DNA from: a virus
Direction: 5' to 3' (one strand)
DNA: 64,000 nt
Virus record (IMG/VR): IMGVR_UViG_3300030099_006395
Coordinates: 1 to 64,000 of that record
The notes beneath the pieces were generated by a model, which saw only the letters and a list, made by a program, of their open reading frames with translations, was not told where the DNA came from and made no database searches. Position numbers and translations under genes: made by a program. Shown piece after piece: positions 46,344 to 56,200 of this stretch. Each line of letters opens with the position of its first letter. Positions within the stretch are counted from its first letter, which is position 1.

Positions 46344-48857
46344 ATGTATCAAAATATATATGTAAAGCGCACAAAAACATCAAGTGAAGTTCATCTTTGG
46401 GATGACAAAACTGGTTATACAAAATTTCAGTATAAACCATATGCTTATCTAAAATCACCGAGTGGAACATATCGTTCTTTGTATGGTGACAAACTCAAGA
46501 AAGTAAACTTTTGGACACAAGAAGACTTGCAAGAGGGTAGAGTATTTGAATCAGATGTACCAATTGAAACTCGTGTATTAGTTGATATGTATGGAGACTC
46601 GGATGAGGTTTCGGAAGGACATCGTGAGGTTTATTTTGATATTGAGGTTGAAGTAAAAGATGGTTTTCCAGATCCCAAACGAGCTGATAATAAGATAACT
46701 GCTATTGCATTGTATGATAAATCAACAGACAAATATCATTGTTATGTTTTGGGTAATGTTCCAAATACAGATGTGGTTGAATCCTTTCAATCAGAAGAAG
46801 AATTACTACAAAGGTTTTATCAGAAATATCTTGAAATCAATCCAACGATATTAAGTGGTTGGAACATTGATGGTTTTGATATCCCTTATCTATATAACAG
46901 AACAACACGAGTTTTAGGTGAACAATTTGCAAATGCTCTTTCGCCGATTGGTGAGGTATTTTATTCTGAAAATAAAAATCAATATAAGATAGCAGGTGTG
47001 TCTTGTCTTGATTACATGAGACTATATAAGTGGTTCACATATACACAACAATCATCATATAGATTGGATTTCATAGGACAATTAGAAGTTGGTATTGGTA
47101 AGATTGAATATGAGGGAACATTACAAGATTTATACGAAACGGATATTGAAAAGTATATTGAATATAACTTAAACGATGTTAAGATTGTAAAGGCGTTAGA
47201 TGATAAACTAAAGTTTATTGATTTGGCTCGTGGTTTAGGACATCTTGGACATATTCCATATGAAGAAAACTTTTTCAGTAGTAGATATTGTGAAGGTGCT
47301 ATGTTGGTTTATATGAAAAAGATTGGTGTAGTTGCACCAAATAAACAACATAGATCTTATCAGAGGTCTGATGAAGACAGATTTGCAGGTGCTTATGTCA
47401 AAGACCCTAAACCAGGTAGATACGAATGGGTGTTTGATTTAGATTTAACTTCTATGTATCCTTCAGTTATCATGTCATTGAATATATCACCTGAAACCAA
47501 GATGGGTAAATTAGTTGGTTGGAACGCTGAAGAGTTTGTAAAGGGTACACCAAAAACTTATACTCTTATGGTTGGTGATAAAGAAAAAGGTAGATATAAT
47601 CAAGATGAATTAAAACAAATGTTTGACAATAATAAAGTTTCCATATCTTCAAATGGCATAATGTATCGTTATGATAAAAAAGGTTTAGTTCCTGTGTTAT
47701 TAGAAAAGTGGTTTAACGAAAGAGTTGAATACAAAAAACTAATGAAGAAATATGGTGACGAAGGTGTTACAGAAAAGTATGAATATTTCAAGAGAAGACA
47801 ACATGTACAGAAAATTATTCTAAACTCATTGTATGGTGTGTTGGGATTACCTGTGTTTAGATTCTATGATGTGGACAACGCTGAGGCCACTACATTGACA
47901 GGCCAAGAGTTAATCAAGTTTACAGAGAAGATTGCTAATAGTTATTACAATAAACAATTGGGTGATACAAAAGATTATTGTATCTACACCGACACCGATT
48001 CAGTATTTTATCCTTCCATTCCATTGATTCAGAAAGATTATCCAGATGCAGACTTATCTGATGATAAGTTTATGACGGAAAAGATATTAGAAAAAGCTGG
48101 TGTTGTTCAAGATTTTATAAATGATTCGTATAATCTTTTTGCTGAAAGATTGTTGAATGTAAAAGGTGGTCACAGATTTGATATCAAACAAGAGTGTGTG
48201 GCTAAATCGGCATTTTGGGTTACGAAGAAAAGATATGGACAATGGATTATTAACGATGGTGGTGTGGTTTGTGATAAACTTGATGTTAAAGGTTTGGACA
48301 TTGTGAGAAGTAACTTTCCTGTGGCAATGAGAAAGTTAATGACAGAAGTTCTTCAAGATATATTGTCAAATGAAGACAAAGAATTAATTGACGATAAGAT
48401 AATTTCATTTAAAAAAGAAATGAAAACTTTACCATTAGAAGATATAGCTTTACCAACTGGTGTTAAGAATTTAGGTAAGTTTGCTGACAAAAGAAAAGTT
48501 GGTAAGTTATATGGTAAGGGTAGTATAATGACACCAATGCACAAAGGTACACCTGTGCATGTGAAAGCTGCTTGGATTTATAATGATTTATTAAAGCATT
48601 ATGGTTTGAATAATGTTGAACAAATTAAAAATAGTGAAAAGATTAAGTGGGTTTATCTTAAAGACAATCCTTTAAGTATATCACAGATTGCTTTCAAAGG
48701 TTATGATGACCCAAAAGAAATTATGGATTATATTAATCAGTATGTAAATCATAGTAAATTGTTTGAGAAAGCCTTGAAGAAAAAAATAGATATGTTTTAT
48801 GATTCAATGGGTTGGACATTAGTTGACAAAAAAAATACATTAGAAAGATTTTTTTAA
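46344..48857 (+). CDS. gp43: family B DNA polymerase
   Basis: Exo FDIEV, GWNIDGFDIPY, YNLND; pol DLTSMYPS, KIILNSLYG, YTDTDS, KKRY; tail TLERFF. Confidence 0.97.
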   Translation: MYQNIYVKRTKTSSEVHLWDDKTGYTKFQYKPYAYLKSPSGTYRSLYGDKLKKVNFWTQEDLQEGRVFESDVPIETRVLVDMYGDSDEVSEGHREVYFDIEVEVKDGFPDPKRADNKITAIALYDKSTDKYHCYVLGNVPNTDVVESFQSEEELLQRFYQKYLEINPTILSGWNIDGFDIPYLYNRTTRVLGEQFANALSPIGEVFYSENKNQYKIAGVSCLDYMRLYKWFTYTQQSSYRLDFIGQLEVGIGKIEYEGTLQDLYETDIEKYIEYNLNDVKIVKALDDKLKFIDLARGLGHLGHIPYEENFFSSRYCEGAMLVYMKKIGVVAPNKQHRSYQRSDEDRFAGAYVKDPKPGRYEWVFDLDLTSMYPSVIMSLNISPETKMGKLVGWNAEEFVKGTPKTYTLMVGDKEKGRYNQDELKQMFDNNKVSISSNGIMYRYDKKGLVPVLLEKWFNERVEYKKLMKKYGDEGVTEKYEYFKRRQHVQKIILNSLYGVLGLPVFRFYDVDNAEATTLTGQELIKFTEKIANSYYNKQLGDTKDYCIYTDTDSVFYPSIPLIQKDYPDADLSDDKFMTEKILEKAGVVQDFINDSYNLFAERLLNVKGGHRFDIKQECVAKSAFWVTKKRYGQWIINDGGVVCDKLDVKGLDIVRSNFPVAMRKLMTEVLQDILSNEDKELIDDKIISFKKEMKTLPLEDIALPTGVKNLGKFADKRKVGKLYGKGSIMTPMHKGTPVHVKAAWIYNDLLKHYGLNNVEQIKNSEKIKWVYLKDNPLSISQIAFKGYDDPKEIMDYINQYVNHSKLFEKALKKKIDMFYDSMGWTLVDKKNTLERFF

Positions 48858-48860
48858 ACG

Positions 48861-48890
48861 TTGACTTATATTATAAAAAATTTGTATATT
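48861..48890 (+). promoter_or_regulatory. sigma70-type promoter
   Basis: TTGACT-N18-TATATT. Confidence 0.6.
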
Positions 48891-48922
48891 AATAAAAATA
48901 ATAGTTATAGGAGAAATGTAAG

Positions 48923-49642
48923 ATGCAAAAAAGTAAGTTAGATAGATTCATTCAAAAATACAACTTGGGTGGAAATGTCAATTCAGTAAAGTGGAAATCA
49001 AATGGTTCATCTTTGTCAACTTCATTTGTTACACCAGACAAATCTTTATTAGGTAATGTCAAAGTTGACAATTTTAAATTTGAAGACGCTGAACTTGGTG
49101 TATATCAAACCGACCAATTAAAAAGTTTGATAAATGTGTTGGGTGAAGATGTATCTTTAAATTTATTAAAAGTGGGTGACAAAGCAGTATCACTAAATGT
49201 TAAAAATGGAAGTGTTTCTATTGATTATGTATTAAGTGATTTATCTGTAATAGCAGACCCACCAGCCTTAAAAAGACTTCCGGAGTTTGGAACACGTATT
49301 AAACTTGATGGTAGTTTTATTAATAGTTTTATAAAAGGTAAATCTGCTTTAAGTGATATTGATTCATTTGCAGTTGTAAATGGAAAAAATGGTTGTGAGG
49401 TTATAATTGGATACGCTTCAACAAATACTAACAGAGTTAATATACCTGTTGATTGTACAGAGTGTGACATTACAAGTCCAATCATATTCAACGCTAATTT
49501 GTTTAAAGAAATGTTGATGGCTAACAAAGAATGTACATCTGCAATTCTTGAAGTTTCTACCGAAGGTTTAGCCAAAGTAAACTTTAAAGTTGATGATTAT
49601 GATTCGGAATATTTTATTGTAGCAATGCAGGATGTTGATTAA
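48923..49642 (+). CDS. sliding clamp (gp45/PCNA-like)
   Basis: 239 aa between PolB and clamp loader; beta-rich; ends GLAKVNF...SEYFIVA. Confidence 0.75.
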   Translation: MQKSKLDRFIQKYNLGGNVNSVKWKSNGSSLSTSFVTPDKSLLGNVKVDNFKFEDAELGVYQTDQLKSLINVLGEDVSLNLLKVGDKAVSLNVKNGSVSIDYVLSDLSVIADPPALKRLPEFGTRIKLDGSFINSFIKGKSALSDIDSFAVVNGKNGCEVIIGYASTNTNRVNIPVDCTECDITSPIIFNANLFKEMLMANKECTSAILEVSTEGLAKVNFKVDDYDSEYFIVAMQDVD

Positions 49643-50547
49643 TGAGTCATAGTTTATGGGTAGAAAAATATCGTCCTAAAGACTTATCAACTTACATTGG
49701 TAACGAGCATCTTAAAAATAAGGTAAAGGTATATCTTGAGTCAGAAGATGTACCACACCTTCTCCTTTATGGAAAGGCTGGTACTGGTAAGACAACATTG
49801 GCTAAGATTATTACATCTAATATAGATTGTGATTACATGTACATAAATGCTTCTGATGAGAATAGTGTTGATGCTGTTAGGTTCAAGATAAGGTCTTTTG
49901 CAGCTTCTGTTGGTTTCAAAGATTTGAAGGTTATCATACTCGATGAGGCTGATTATCTTACACCAAATGCACAGGCTGCATTGAGAAACCTAATGGAAAC
50001 ATTTTCAAAACATTGTCGATTCATTCTAACTTGTAATTATGTAGAGAGAATAATCGACCCAATCCAATCAAGATGTCAATCATATAAAGTTATACCACCT
50101 TCAAAGAAAGATATAGCCCAACATGTTGTAAAAATATTAGAGACGGAACAATGTTCTTTTGATTTAAAAGATGTAGCTATGGTAGTAAACGCTGGTTATC
50201 CTGATATTCGTAGAGTTATTAATTCTGTACAACGGCAAATAGTTGATAATACTTTAAAAATCGATACAAGTTCAATAATACAAAACAATTACAAAATACA
50301 GTTATTACAAATGTTATCGGATGGTAGTAAATTAAACGATATAAGAAAGTTGATAGCTGATAATTCTATAAGTGATTATTCTGAATTATATAGATTGTTG
50401 TATGATGAGGTAGAAACTTATAGTAATGGTAAAGTGGCAGAGTGTATCTTAAATATTGCAGAAGCTCAGTATCAAGATGTTAATGTGGTAGATAAAGAAA
50501 TTAATTTTATGTCATTAATAATAAGAATAACAAGGATAATTAAATGA
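49642..50547 (+). CDS. clamp loader large subunit (gp44/RFC-like)
   Basis: LWVEKYRP, GKAGTGKTT, INASDE, ILDEADYL, QSRC. Confidence 0.93.
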   Translation: MSHSLWVEKYRPKDLSTYIGNEHLKNKVKVYLESEDVPHLLLYGKAGTGKTTLAKIITSNIDCDYMYINASDENSVDAVRFKIRSFAASVGFKDLKVIILDEADYLTPNAQAALRNLMETFSKHCRFILTCNYVERIIDPIQSRCQSYKVIPPSKKDIAQHVVKILETEQCSFDLKDVAMVVNAGYPDIRRVINSVQRQIVDNTLKIDTSSIIQNNYKIQLLQMLSDGSKLNDIRKLIADNSISDYSELYRLLYDEVETYSNGKVAECILNIAEAQYQDVNVVDKEINFMSLIIRITRIIK

Positions 50548-50798
50548 GAACATTTTTAGTAGAAAATACCCGAAAGGGAACAACGGTAAAAGTAACTTTA
50601 CATAATCCACCTTATGAAAATGAAAATGTATTAGCTTTTACAGGTTATAGTGAAAAAGATTGTGTCATAACGGATTTATCAGAAAATAATACAATAGATT
50701 TAAATGATTATAATTCTATAGATAATGAACATGATGAAAGAGAAAATAGTTTAATGGGAGCTAAAGCCCCTAAAAAAACGAAAGGTAAAAAGAAATGA
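50544..50798 (+). CDS. hypothetical protein
   Basis: ORF coupled to both neighbours. Confidence 0.55.
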   Translation: MRTFLVENTRKGTTVKVTLHNPPYENENVLAFTGYSEKDCVITDLSENNTIDLNDYNSIDNEHDERENSLMGAKAPKKTKGKKK

Positions 50799-51031
50799 TA
50801 ACACCAGGAAAAGATGGTCAAATGCAACAACAAATTGACATAAGTAAAACATCAGAGATTAAATGTGAAGCTTGTGGGGGTTTGACATTCAAACAATCAT
50901 TGATGTTGAGAAAATTATCAGCATTAGTATCACCAAGTGGACAAGAAACTTTGATACCTGTACAAGTATTTGCATGTGAAAAATGTGAGCATGTAAATAA
51001 AGAATTTTCTGATATAGCCGGTATTCAATAA
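50795..51031 (+). CDS. zinc-ribbon protein
   Basis: CEACG...FACEKCEH. Confidence 0.7.
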   Translation: MITPGKDGQMQQQIDISKTSEIKCEACGGLTFKQSLMLRKLSALVSPSGQETLIPVQVFACEKCEHVNKEFSDIAGIQ

Positions 51032-51205
51032 ATGCCATTCTACACATATAAATGTCCATCATGTGATAAAGAAAAAGAAGTATTACAGAAAATGAATGAC
51101 AAACCGCCATTATGTGATGGTGTAAAGATGAAAAGAATATTTAAACCAAATGCAAAACCAGGTTCTAAAGATGGTTCTTGGGGTTTTGGGGGGAAAAAGA
51201 GATGA
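51032..51205 (+). CDS. FmdB-family zinc-ribbon protein (not in ORF track)
   Basis: MPFYTYKCPSCDKEKEVLQKMND...C...MKRIF. Confidence 0.7.
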   Translation: MPFYTYKCPSCDKEKEVLQKMNDKPPLCDGVKMKRIFKPNAKPGSKDGSWGFGGKKR

Positions 51206-51627
51206 CAATTATAGATTGGATGAACCAGTTATTGGTTCATAAAAAATCATGGGATTCTTTTTCAGAAAATGAACAAAAATCTTTTAATACATTTATAATC
51301 AATCGCTGGTTATCAATGGATAAAGAGTTTATAGAAATTGTGAATTACTTTCAAAAATATTCTATTGGAACATTAGAGTCAAGAGAGGTTTACAAGTGGT
51401 ATTGTGACATACTTCCTAAAGGTAAAAGATTCAATAAGTATATTAAAGGTAAAAAAAGCACTAAATATGAAAAAGAATTAGTTGACATATTAATTAAATA
51501 TTTTGAATGTAGTAAGTTACAGGTAAAAGATTATTTAGAATTAATTTCTGAAATAGAATTAGTTCAAATATTAGAAAGTTATGGAAAAGACAAAAAGACA
51601 ATTAAGAGGTTATGTAAATGGAAATAA
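51202..51627 (+). CDS. clamp loader small subunit (gp62-like)
   Basis: FNTFIINRWLSM...LPKGKRFNKYIK...YFECS; start adjusted to ATG 51202. Confidence 0.7.
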   Translation: MTIIDWMNQLLVHKKSWDSFSENEQKSFNTFIINRWLSMDKEFIEIVNYFQKYSIGTLESREVYKWYCDILPKGKRFNKYIKGKKSTKYEKELVDILIKYFECSKLQVKDYLELISEIELVQILESYGKDKKTIKRLCKWK

Positions 51628-52001
51628 TAAAAGATACAAAAAATAAAAAAGATGTATTTACAAATCATCCAATTGTAGAACAAATGGAAGAAGAGTGGCC
51701 TGAAATGACTGGTGAGTTTAAAAGATTACAAAGAGAGCAATATGAGTTGTTTTGTAGAAAACAACACGATTATGGTCCTGGTAATATTTCAGTTGGAACA
51801 CAATTGCAAACGCCTGAAGAGGTAAGTTTATCTCTGACTGGATTATGGTTTCGTATGAATGATAAAATACAAAGACTAAAAACTTTGTTAATGGGTAACA
51901 AAGACACCGCTGTAGATGAACCTTTAGAAGACGCATATCTTGATGTGTCTAACTATGGTATCATGGCAACAATTGTAAAAAATGGTAAATGGGGAAAATA
52001 A
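51618..52001 (+). CDS. nucleotide-modification-associated domain protein (Nmad1/DUF1599-like)
   Basis: KQHDYG, RMNDKIQRL, EDAYLDVSNYGIM. Confidence 0.7.
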   Translation: MEIIKDTKNKKDVFTNHPIVEQMEEEWPEMTGEFKRLQREQYELFCRKQHDYGPGNISVGTQLQTPEEVSLSLTGLWFRMNDKIQRLKTLLMGNKDTAVDEPLEDAYLDVSNYGIMATIVKNGKWGK

Positions 52002-52002
52002 A

Positions 52003-52215
52003 ATGAATAAATTATTAATGGCAGCTATTGATAGTTACCAAGCACAAAAAACAGAAGCACTAGCTCATTTGGATTTATTGTTCAATGATGCCACAATGAT
52101 AGGTGAACACACAGATTTAACAGCTGAAGTAAAAAAATGGACAATGAGTTTAGCAGAAGCTGAAGGTTGTTTAAAAGTATTGGATACACATTTTTATGTC
52201 GGTAAATCCAAGTAA
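52003..52215 (+). CDS. small helical phage protein
   Basis: EALAHLDLLF....IGEHTDL..E motif; start adjusted. Confidence 0.6.
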   Translation: MNKLLMAAIDSYQAQKTEALAHLDLLFNDATMIGEHTDLTAEVKKWTMSLAEAEGCLKVLDTHFYVGKSK

Positions 52216-52951
52216 AATAACCATAAGAGAAATCTCAAAGAAGATAGCCAAAGATATGATTGTAAAAAATCATTACAGTCACAAGTGGACAAGTTGTAGA
52301 TACGCTTTAGGTATATTTTATGAAACAGATAACCAACACGCATTCTTTGATGAGAAGGATGAGAAGTTAGCTGGTGTGGCTATCTATGGTTATCCTGTTG
52401 GAAGAAGTGCTCCTAAATCTATCTCACCTGAATTAAAGGAAGAAGAAGTATTAGAGTTGACAAGGTTATTTATCTTTGATGATTATGGTAAGAATACAGA
52501 AAGTGTGGTTTTATCTAAAACATTTAATTGGTTAAAGGAAAACGCTAGTGAGATAAAAGTATTGGTAAGTTATTCAGACCCAGAACAAGGACACTTGGGT
52601 ATTATTTATCAAGCTACGAATTGGATATATCAAGGTAATAGTATAAGGTTAATGCCTAACTACGCTATACGACTTACAGAAGATGGTACTTGGATGCACT
52701 CACGAAATGTAACAACAAAGTTTGGTTCTCATAACCTTGAGAAACTAAAGAAAAGAATCGGACACACATTTTGGAGAAAGGAAGAACCTGAAAAACACAG
52801 ATATTTGTATTTGTTATGTGGTAAGAAAGATAAGAAAAAGATTATGAATACATTGATACATAAACCTAAGCCTTATCCAAAAGATGCTTATCAATTTTAT
52901 CCAGAGATACAAAAGATTGAAGTAACTTCAAAGGAAAAATTTTATGAATAG
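52196..52951 (+). CDS. second Mom-like DNA modification protein
   Basis: NHYSH, LELTRLF, NTES, VSYSDPEQGHLGIIYQATNWIYQG, KHRYLY. Confidence 0.75.
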   Translation: MSVNPSKITIREISKKIAKDMIVKNHYSHKWTSCRYALGIFYETDNQHAFFDEKDEKLAGVAIYGYPVGRSAPKSISPELKEEEVLELTRLFIFDDYGKNTESVVLSKTFNWLKENASEIKVLVSYSDPEQGHLGIIYQATNWIYQGNSIRLMPNYAIRLTEDGTWMHSRNVTTKFGSHNLEKLKKRIGHTFWRKEEPEKHRYLYLLCGKKDKKKIMNTLIHKPKPYPKDAYQFYPEIQKIEVTSKEKFYE

Positions 52952-53801
52952 AATAAGTTATAGTCAATTGTCAATGTTTAATGAGTGTCCATTGAGATGG
53001 AAATTAAATTATGTAGACGATTTATCTATATCAGAACCAAGTATTCACCTGTTATTCGGAACAGCGATGCACGAAGTTATACAAACTTGGTTAGAAGTTA
53101 TGTATCACGATAGTATCAAAAACGCTGATAAGTTAAATCTTGAACAAAGACTACATGATAAAATGTATGAGAGGTTTCAAATAGATAAGGAAGCTTATGG
53201 TAAGAATCCTTGTACACTTGAAGAAATGAAAGAGTTTTTTAATGATGGTGTGGCTATACTTGATTTTGTTAAAAAGAAAAGAGCAGATTATTTCCAAAAA
53301 AGACAATATGAATTAGTTGGTTGTGAAGTTCCTATTGAAGTTATGTTAAAAAAAGATATTAAAATGGTTGGATATTTAGATGTTGTGTTAAGACATAAAC
53401 CAACAGATACAATTACGATTATTGATATAAAAACATCTACTCGTGGTTGGAATAAATGGATGAAAGCTGATAAGAATAAAACTCAACAATTATTATTATA
53501 TAAACAATTTTATTCTAAACAATATGGTACACCGATTGAAAATATAGATGTTGAGTATTTTATAGTAAAAAGAAAACTATGGGAGAATACAGACTTTCCA
53601 CAGAAAAGAGTTCAAAAGTTTGTACCTGCGAGTGGAACTGTAAGTATGAACAAAGTAAATAATGGCCTAAATCTATTTTTAGAAAATGCATTTGATGACA
53701 AAGGTGAATATAGGACTGATAAGATATTTGCATTACCAAGTAAAAAATCTTGTAGATTTTGTGAATTTAAAAATACGGAGTATTGTAGTTATGGTGTATA
53801 G
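52944..53801 (+). CDS. PD-(D/E)xK nuclease (RecB/Cas4-like)
   Basis: ISYSQ...CP, FGTAMHE, GYLDV...IIDIKT, QLLLY, C.FC....C. Confidence 0.85.
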   Translation: MNRISYSQLSMFNECPLRWKLNYVDDLSISEPSIHLLFGTAMHEVIQTWLEVMYHDSIKNADKLNLEQRLHDKMYERFQIDKEAYGKNPCTLEEMKEFFNDGVAILDFVKKKRADYFQKRQYELVGCEVPIEVMLKKDIKMVGYLDVVLRHKPTDTITIIDIKTSTRGWNKWMKADKNKTQQLLLYKQFYSKQYGTPIENIDVEYFIVKRKLWENTDFPQKRVQKFVPASGTVSMNKVNNGLNLFLENAFDDKGEYRTDKIFALPSKKSCRFCEFKNTEYCSYGV

Positions 53802-54174
53802 TACGGTGTTTTTATCATTAAGAATGAAACTAGATAATATTATTGAAGATTTGGAATACGAAAAAAAAGTAATTGAAAATATAAAATATTGTAGAAGAAT
53901 TATTGGTAAAGAATTTAAAGTTATATTTTGGAATGAAAATCTATTAGAAAGTCAAGTAAAGGATTTTATAAAAAGAAATAGTGATACCTTAATTGAAGTC
54001 AACACAGAAATTACTAAAGAGTTCAATATATGTTGGTTTGTGATTGGAGATGATGATAAAAGTAAACATAGGTATTTATATAATGGAGATATACTTCCAG
54101 GTATAGCTGCTTTTTTAAAAGTTTCAAAAATTTTAATAAAAAAGGATAGAAATGAAGATAGCTATAATAGGTAG
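53791..54174 (+). CDS. hypothetical protein
   Basis: ORF bridging its neighbours; start uncertain. Confidence 0.5.
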   Translation: MVYSTVFLSLRMKLDNIIEDLEYEKKVIENIKYCRRIIGKEFKVIFWNENLLESQVKDFIKRNSDTLIEVNTEITKEFNICWFVIGDDDKSKHRYLYNGDILPGIAAFLKVSKILIKKDRNEDSYNR

Positions 54175-54553
54175 TAGACGATATGAAAATAAAAGAAAAA
54201 TAAAAGAGTTTATATTTAAACTTAAAAATCAATATGGAGAGGATACTACCATTGTTAGTGGTGGGTGTAAACAAGGAGCTGACAAGTATGCTAAAAAATA
54301 TGCATTGGAGTTAGGATTACAATACGAAGAGTATCCACCATTTCATGAGGTTCATAATTTATATTGTCCACTACCTGAATCAAGATATGGAAAACCATAT
54401 AGTATGAAATACTTTTTTGCAAGAAATAAAATTATAGCTGGTACATCAGATTTTATAGTTGGTTTTATTCCAGAAGGAGTTGAAGGTAGAGGAACGATGA
54501 ACACTATAGATTACGCTAAAAAGTTCTCAAAAAAATATATAATTATTTCGTAG
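54152..54553 (+). CDS. SLOG-superfamily (DprA/YspA-like) protein
   Basis: IAIIGSR, IVSGGCKQGADKYA, ARN..I, GTMNTI..A. Confidence 0.8.
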   Translation: MKIAIIGSRRYENKRKIKEFIFKLKNQYGEDTTIVSGGCKQGADKYAKKYALELGLQYEEYPPFHEVHNLYCPLPESRYGKPYSMKYFFARNKIIAGTSDFIVGFIPEGVEGRGTMNTIDYAKKFSKKYIIIS

Positions 54554-54570
54554 TTTTTTTATATTTGTAT

Positions 54571-54585
54571 ATATTTATATATGTA
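54571..54585 (+). promoter_or_regulatory. putative late promoter of the glycosylation cluster
   Basis: ATATTTATATATGTA. Confidence 0.65.
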
Positions 54586-54606
54586 CATATATGATGGAGA
54601 AACAAT

Positions 54607-54801
54607 ATGAAAAACACAAAATTAACATCGGTAAAAATATTAGAAAATTTATATAATGATTTTAAAATTAAAACTGTATCAAATAGTATGACTTTACAGA
54701 AATTAACAAATCGTTGTATAAATCTTTATGTAAGAGACGATGAATTTAGAGATAAAATAGAAAGTAATCAAGAATTAATAATTAGTGGTAGTAATTTTTA
54801 A
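54607..54801 (+). CDS. small DNA-binding-like protein (possible ribbon-helix-helix)
   Basis: KLTSVKI...LY..FK...TLQKL.NR.I.LY. Confidence 0.5.
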   Translation: MKNTKLTSVKILENLYNDFKIKTVSNSMTLQKLTNRCINLYVRDDEFRDKIESNQELIISGSNF

Positions 54802-54823
54802 TTTAAAATAGAGGAAATAGGTT

Positions 54824-56200
54824 ATGTCAAAAAAGAAAATTCTACTCTTGTCAGACGACTTGAGAATGCATAGTGGAATAGCCACGGTTTCAAAAGATGT
54901 TGTATTAGGAACAATGCATAAATATGATTGGGCTCAAATTGGTGGAGCAGTAAAACATCCAGAACAAGGAAAAATATTTGATATGAGTCCAGATTGTGTT
55001 AAAACCACAGGTGTAAAAGATTCATACTTAAAAATATATCCAGTTACAGGATATGGAAATGCTAATATTTTAAGAGAAGTTATGGAGTTAGAAAAACCAG
55101 ACGCTATACTTCACTATACAGACCCAAGATTTTGGATTTGGTTGTATGAAATGGAAAATGAAATAAGACAACAAATTCCTATTTTTTATTATAATATTTG
55201 GGATGATTTACCAGACCCACATTGGAATGAAAACTATTACAGAAGTTCTGATTTATTGATGGCTATATCAAAGCAAACTTATGGTATCAACAAAAGAATT
55301 TTACCAGACTATGAAGATTGGCAAATAACCTATGTACCACATGGTATTAGTTCACAAAGATTTTTTAAATTAGAAGAAAAAGGTGATACTAAATTTAGAG
55401 AGTTTGAGAAAAAATTTGGTTTAGATAAGTACAAATTTAAAATTTTATATTCAAATAGAAATATAAGAAGAAAAAATCCAGGTGATACTGCCTTAGCATA
55501 TAAACATATGATGGATAAACTTACACCCGAACAGAGAAAAGAATGTGTATTTATATTTCATTCAGCTCCTGTTGACGAAAATGGAACTGATATGAGAGCT
55601 TTGTGTAAAGCTTTGTTACCTGATTGTCCTGTAATATTCACATATGACATAAATGGTCCTCAAGGTTTTAATGACGAACAAATGAACTTTTTATTTAATT
55701 CCGCCGATGTTTATATCAATATGGCTTCTAATGAAGGATTTGGGTTAGGTAGTTGTGAAGCATTAACTTGTGGAACACCAATAGTAGTAAATGTAACTGG
55801 TGGATTACAAGACCAATGTGGATTCAAAAATGAAAAAGGTGAATATCTAACTGCTGATGATTATATTGAGTTAGGTTCTAATCATAGAGGAACGTATTTA
55901 AATCACGGTGAGTGGGTGAAACCCGTATTCCCAACTAATAGAAGTTTACAAGGTTCACCAATGACACCATACATCTTTGATGATAGATGTGACTATGAAG
56001 AAGCTGGTCAATGTTTATTGGAATGGTATAAAGCTGGTTCAGAGGAGAGAGAAAGATGTGGAAACAAAGGTATAGAGTTCGTAAAAGATAAAAATATTTC
56101 TATGGATTCTAAAGAGATGTGTGGTAAATTTATTGAATCTATGGATAGTGCATTTAATAAGTTTGAACAAAAACCTAGATATATAATGGAGGCTGTATAA
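54824..56200 (+). CDS. GT4-like glycosyltransferase
   Basis: YVPHG, NRNIRRK, ADVYIN..SNEGFGL...EALTCGTP. Confidence 0.88.
   Translation: MSKKKILLLSDDLRMHSGIATVSKDVVLGTMHKYDWAQIGGAVKHPEQGKIFDMSPDCVKTTGVKDSYLKIYPVTGYGNANILREVMELEKPDAILHYTDPRFWIWLYEMENEIRQQIPIFYYNIWDDLPDPHWNENYYRSSDLLMAISKQTYGINKRILPDYEDWQITYVPHGISSQRFFKLEEKGDTKFREFEKKFGLDKYKFKILYSNRNIRRKNPGDTALAYKHMMDKLTPEQRKECVFIFHSAPVDENGTDMRALCKALLPDCPVIFTYDINGPQGFNDEQMNFLFNSADVYINMASNEGFGLGSCEALTCGTPIVVNVTGGLQDQCGFKNEKGEYLTADDYIELGSNHRGTYLNHGEWVKPVFPTNRSLQGSPMTPYIFDDRCDYEEAGQCLLEWYKAGSEERERCGNKGIEFVKDKNISMDSKEMCGKFIESMDSAFNKFEQKPRYIMEAV

Noticed and set aside
52944-53801. Cas4-like nuclease as part of a CRISPR-Cas system
   Set aside because: No other cas genes or array; solo RecB-type nucleases are common in phage replication regions
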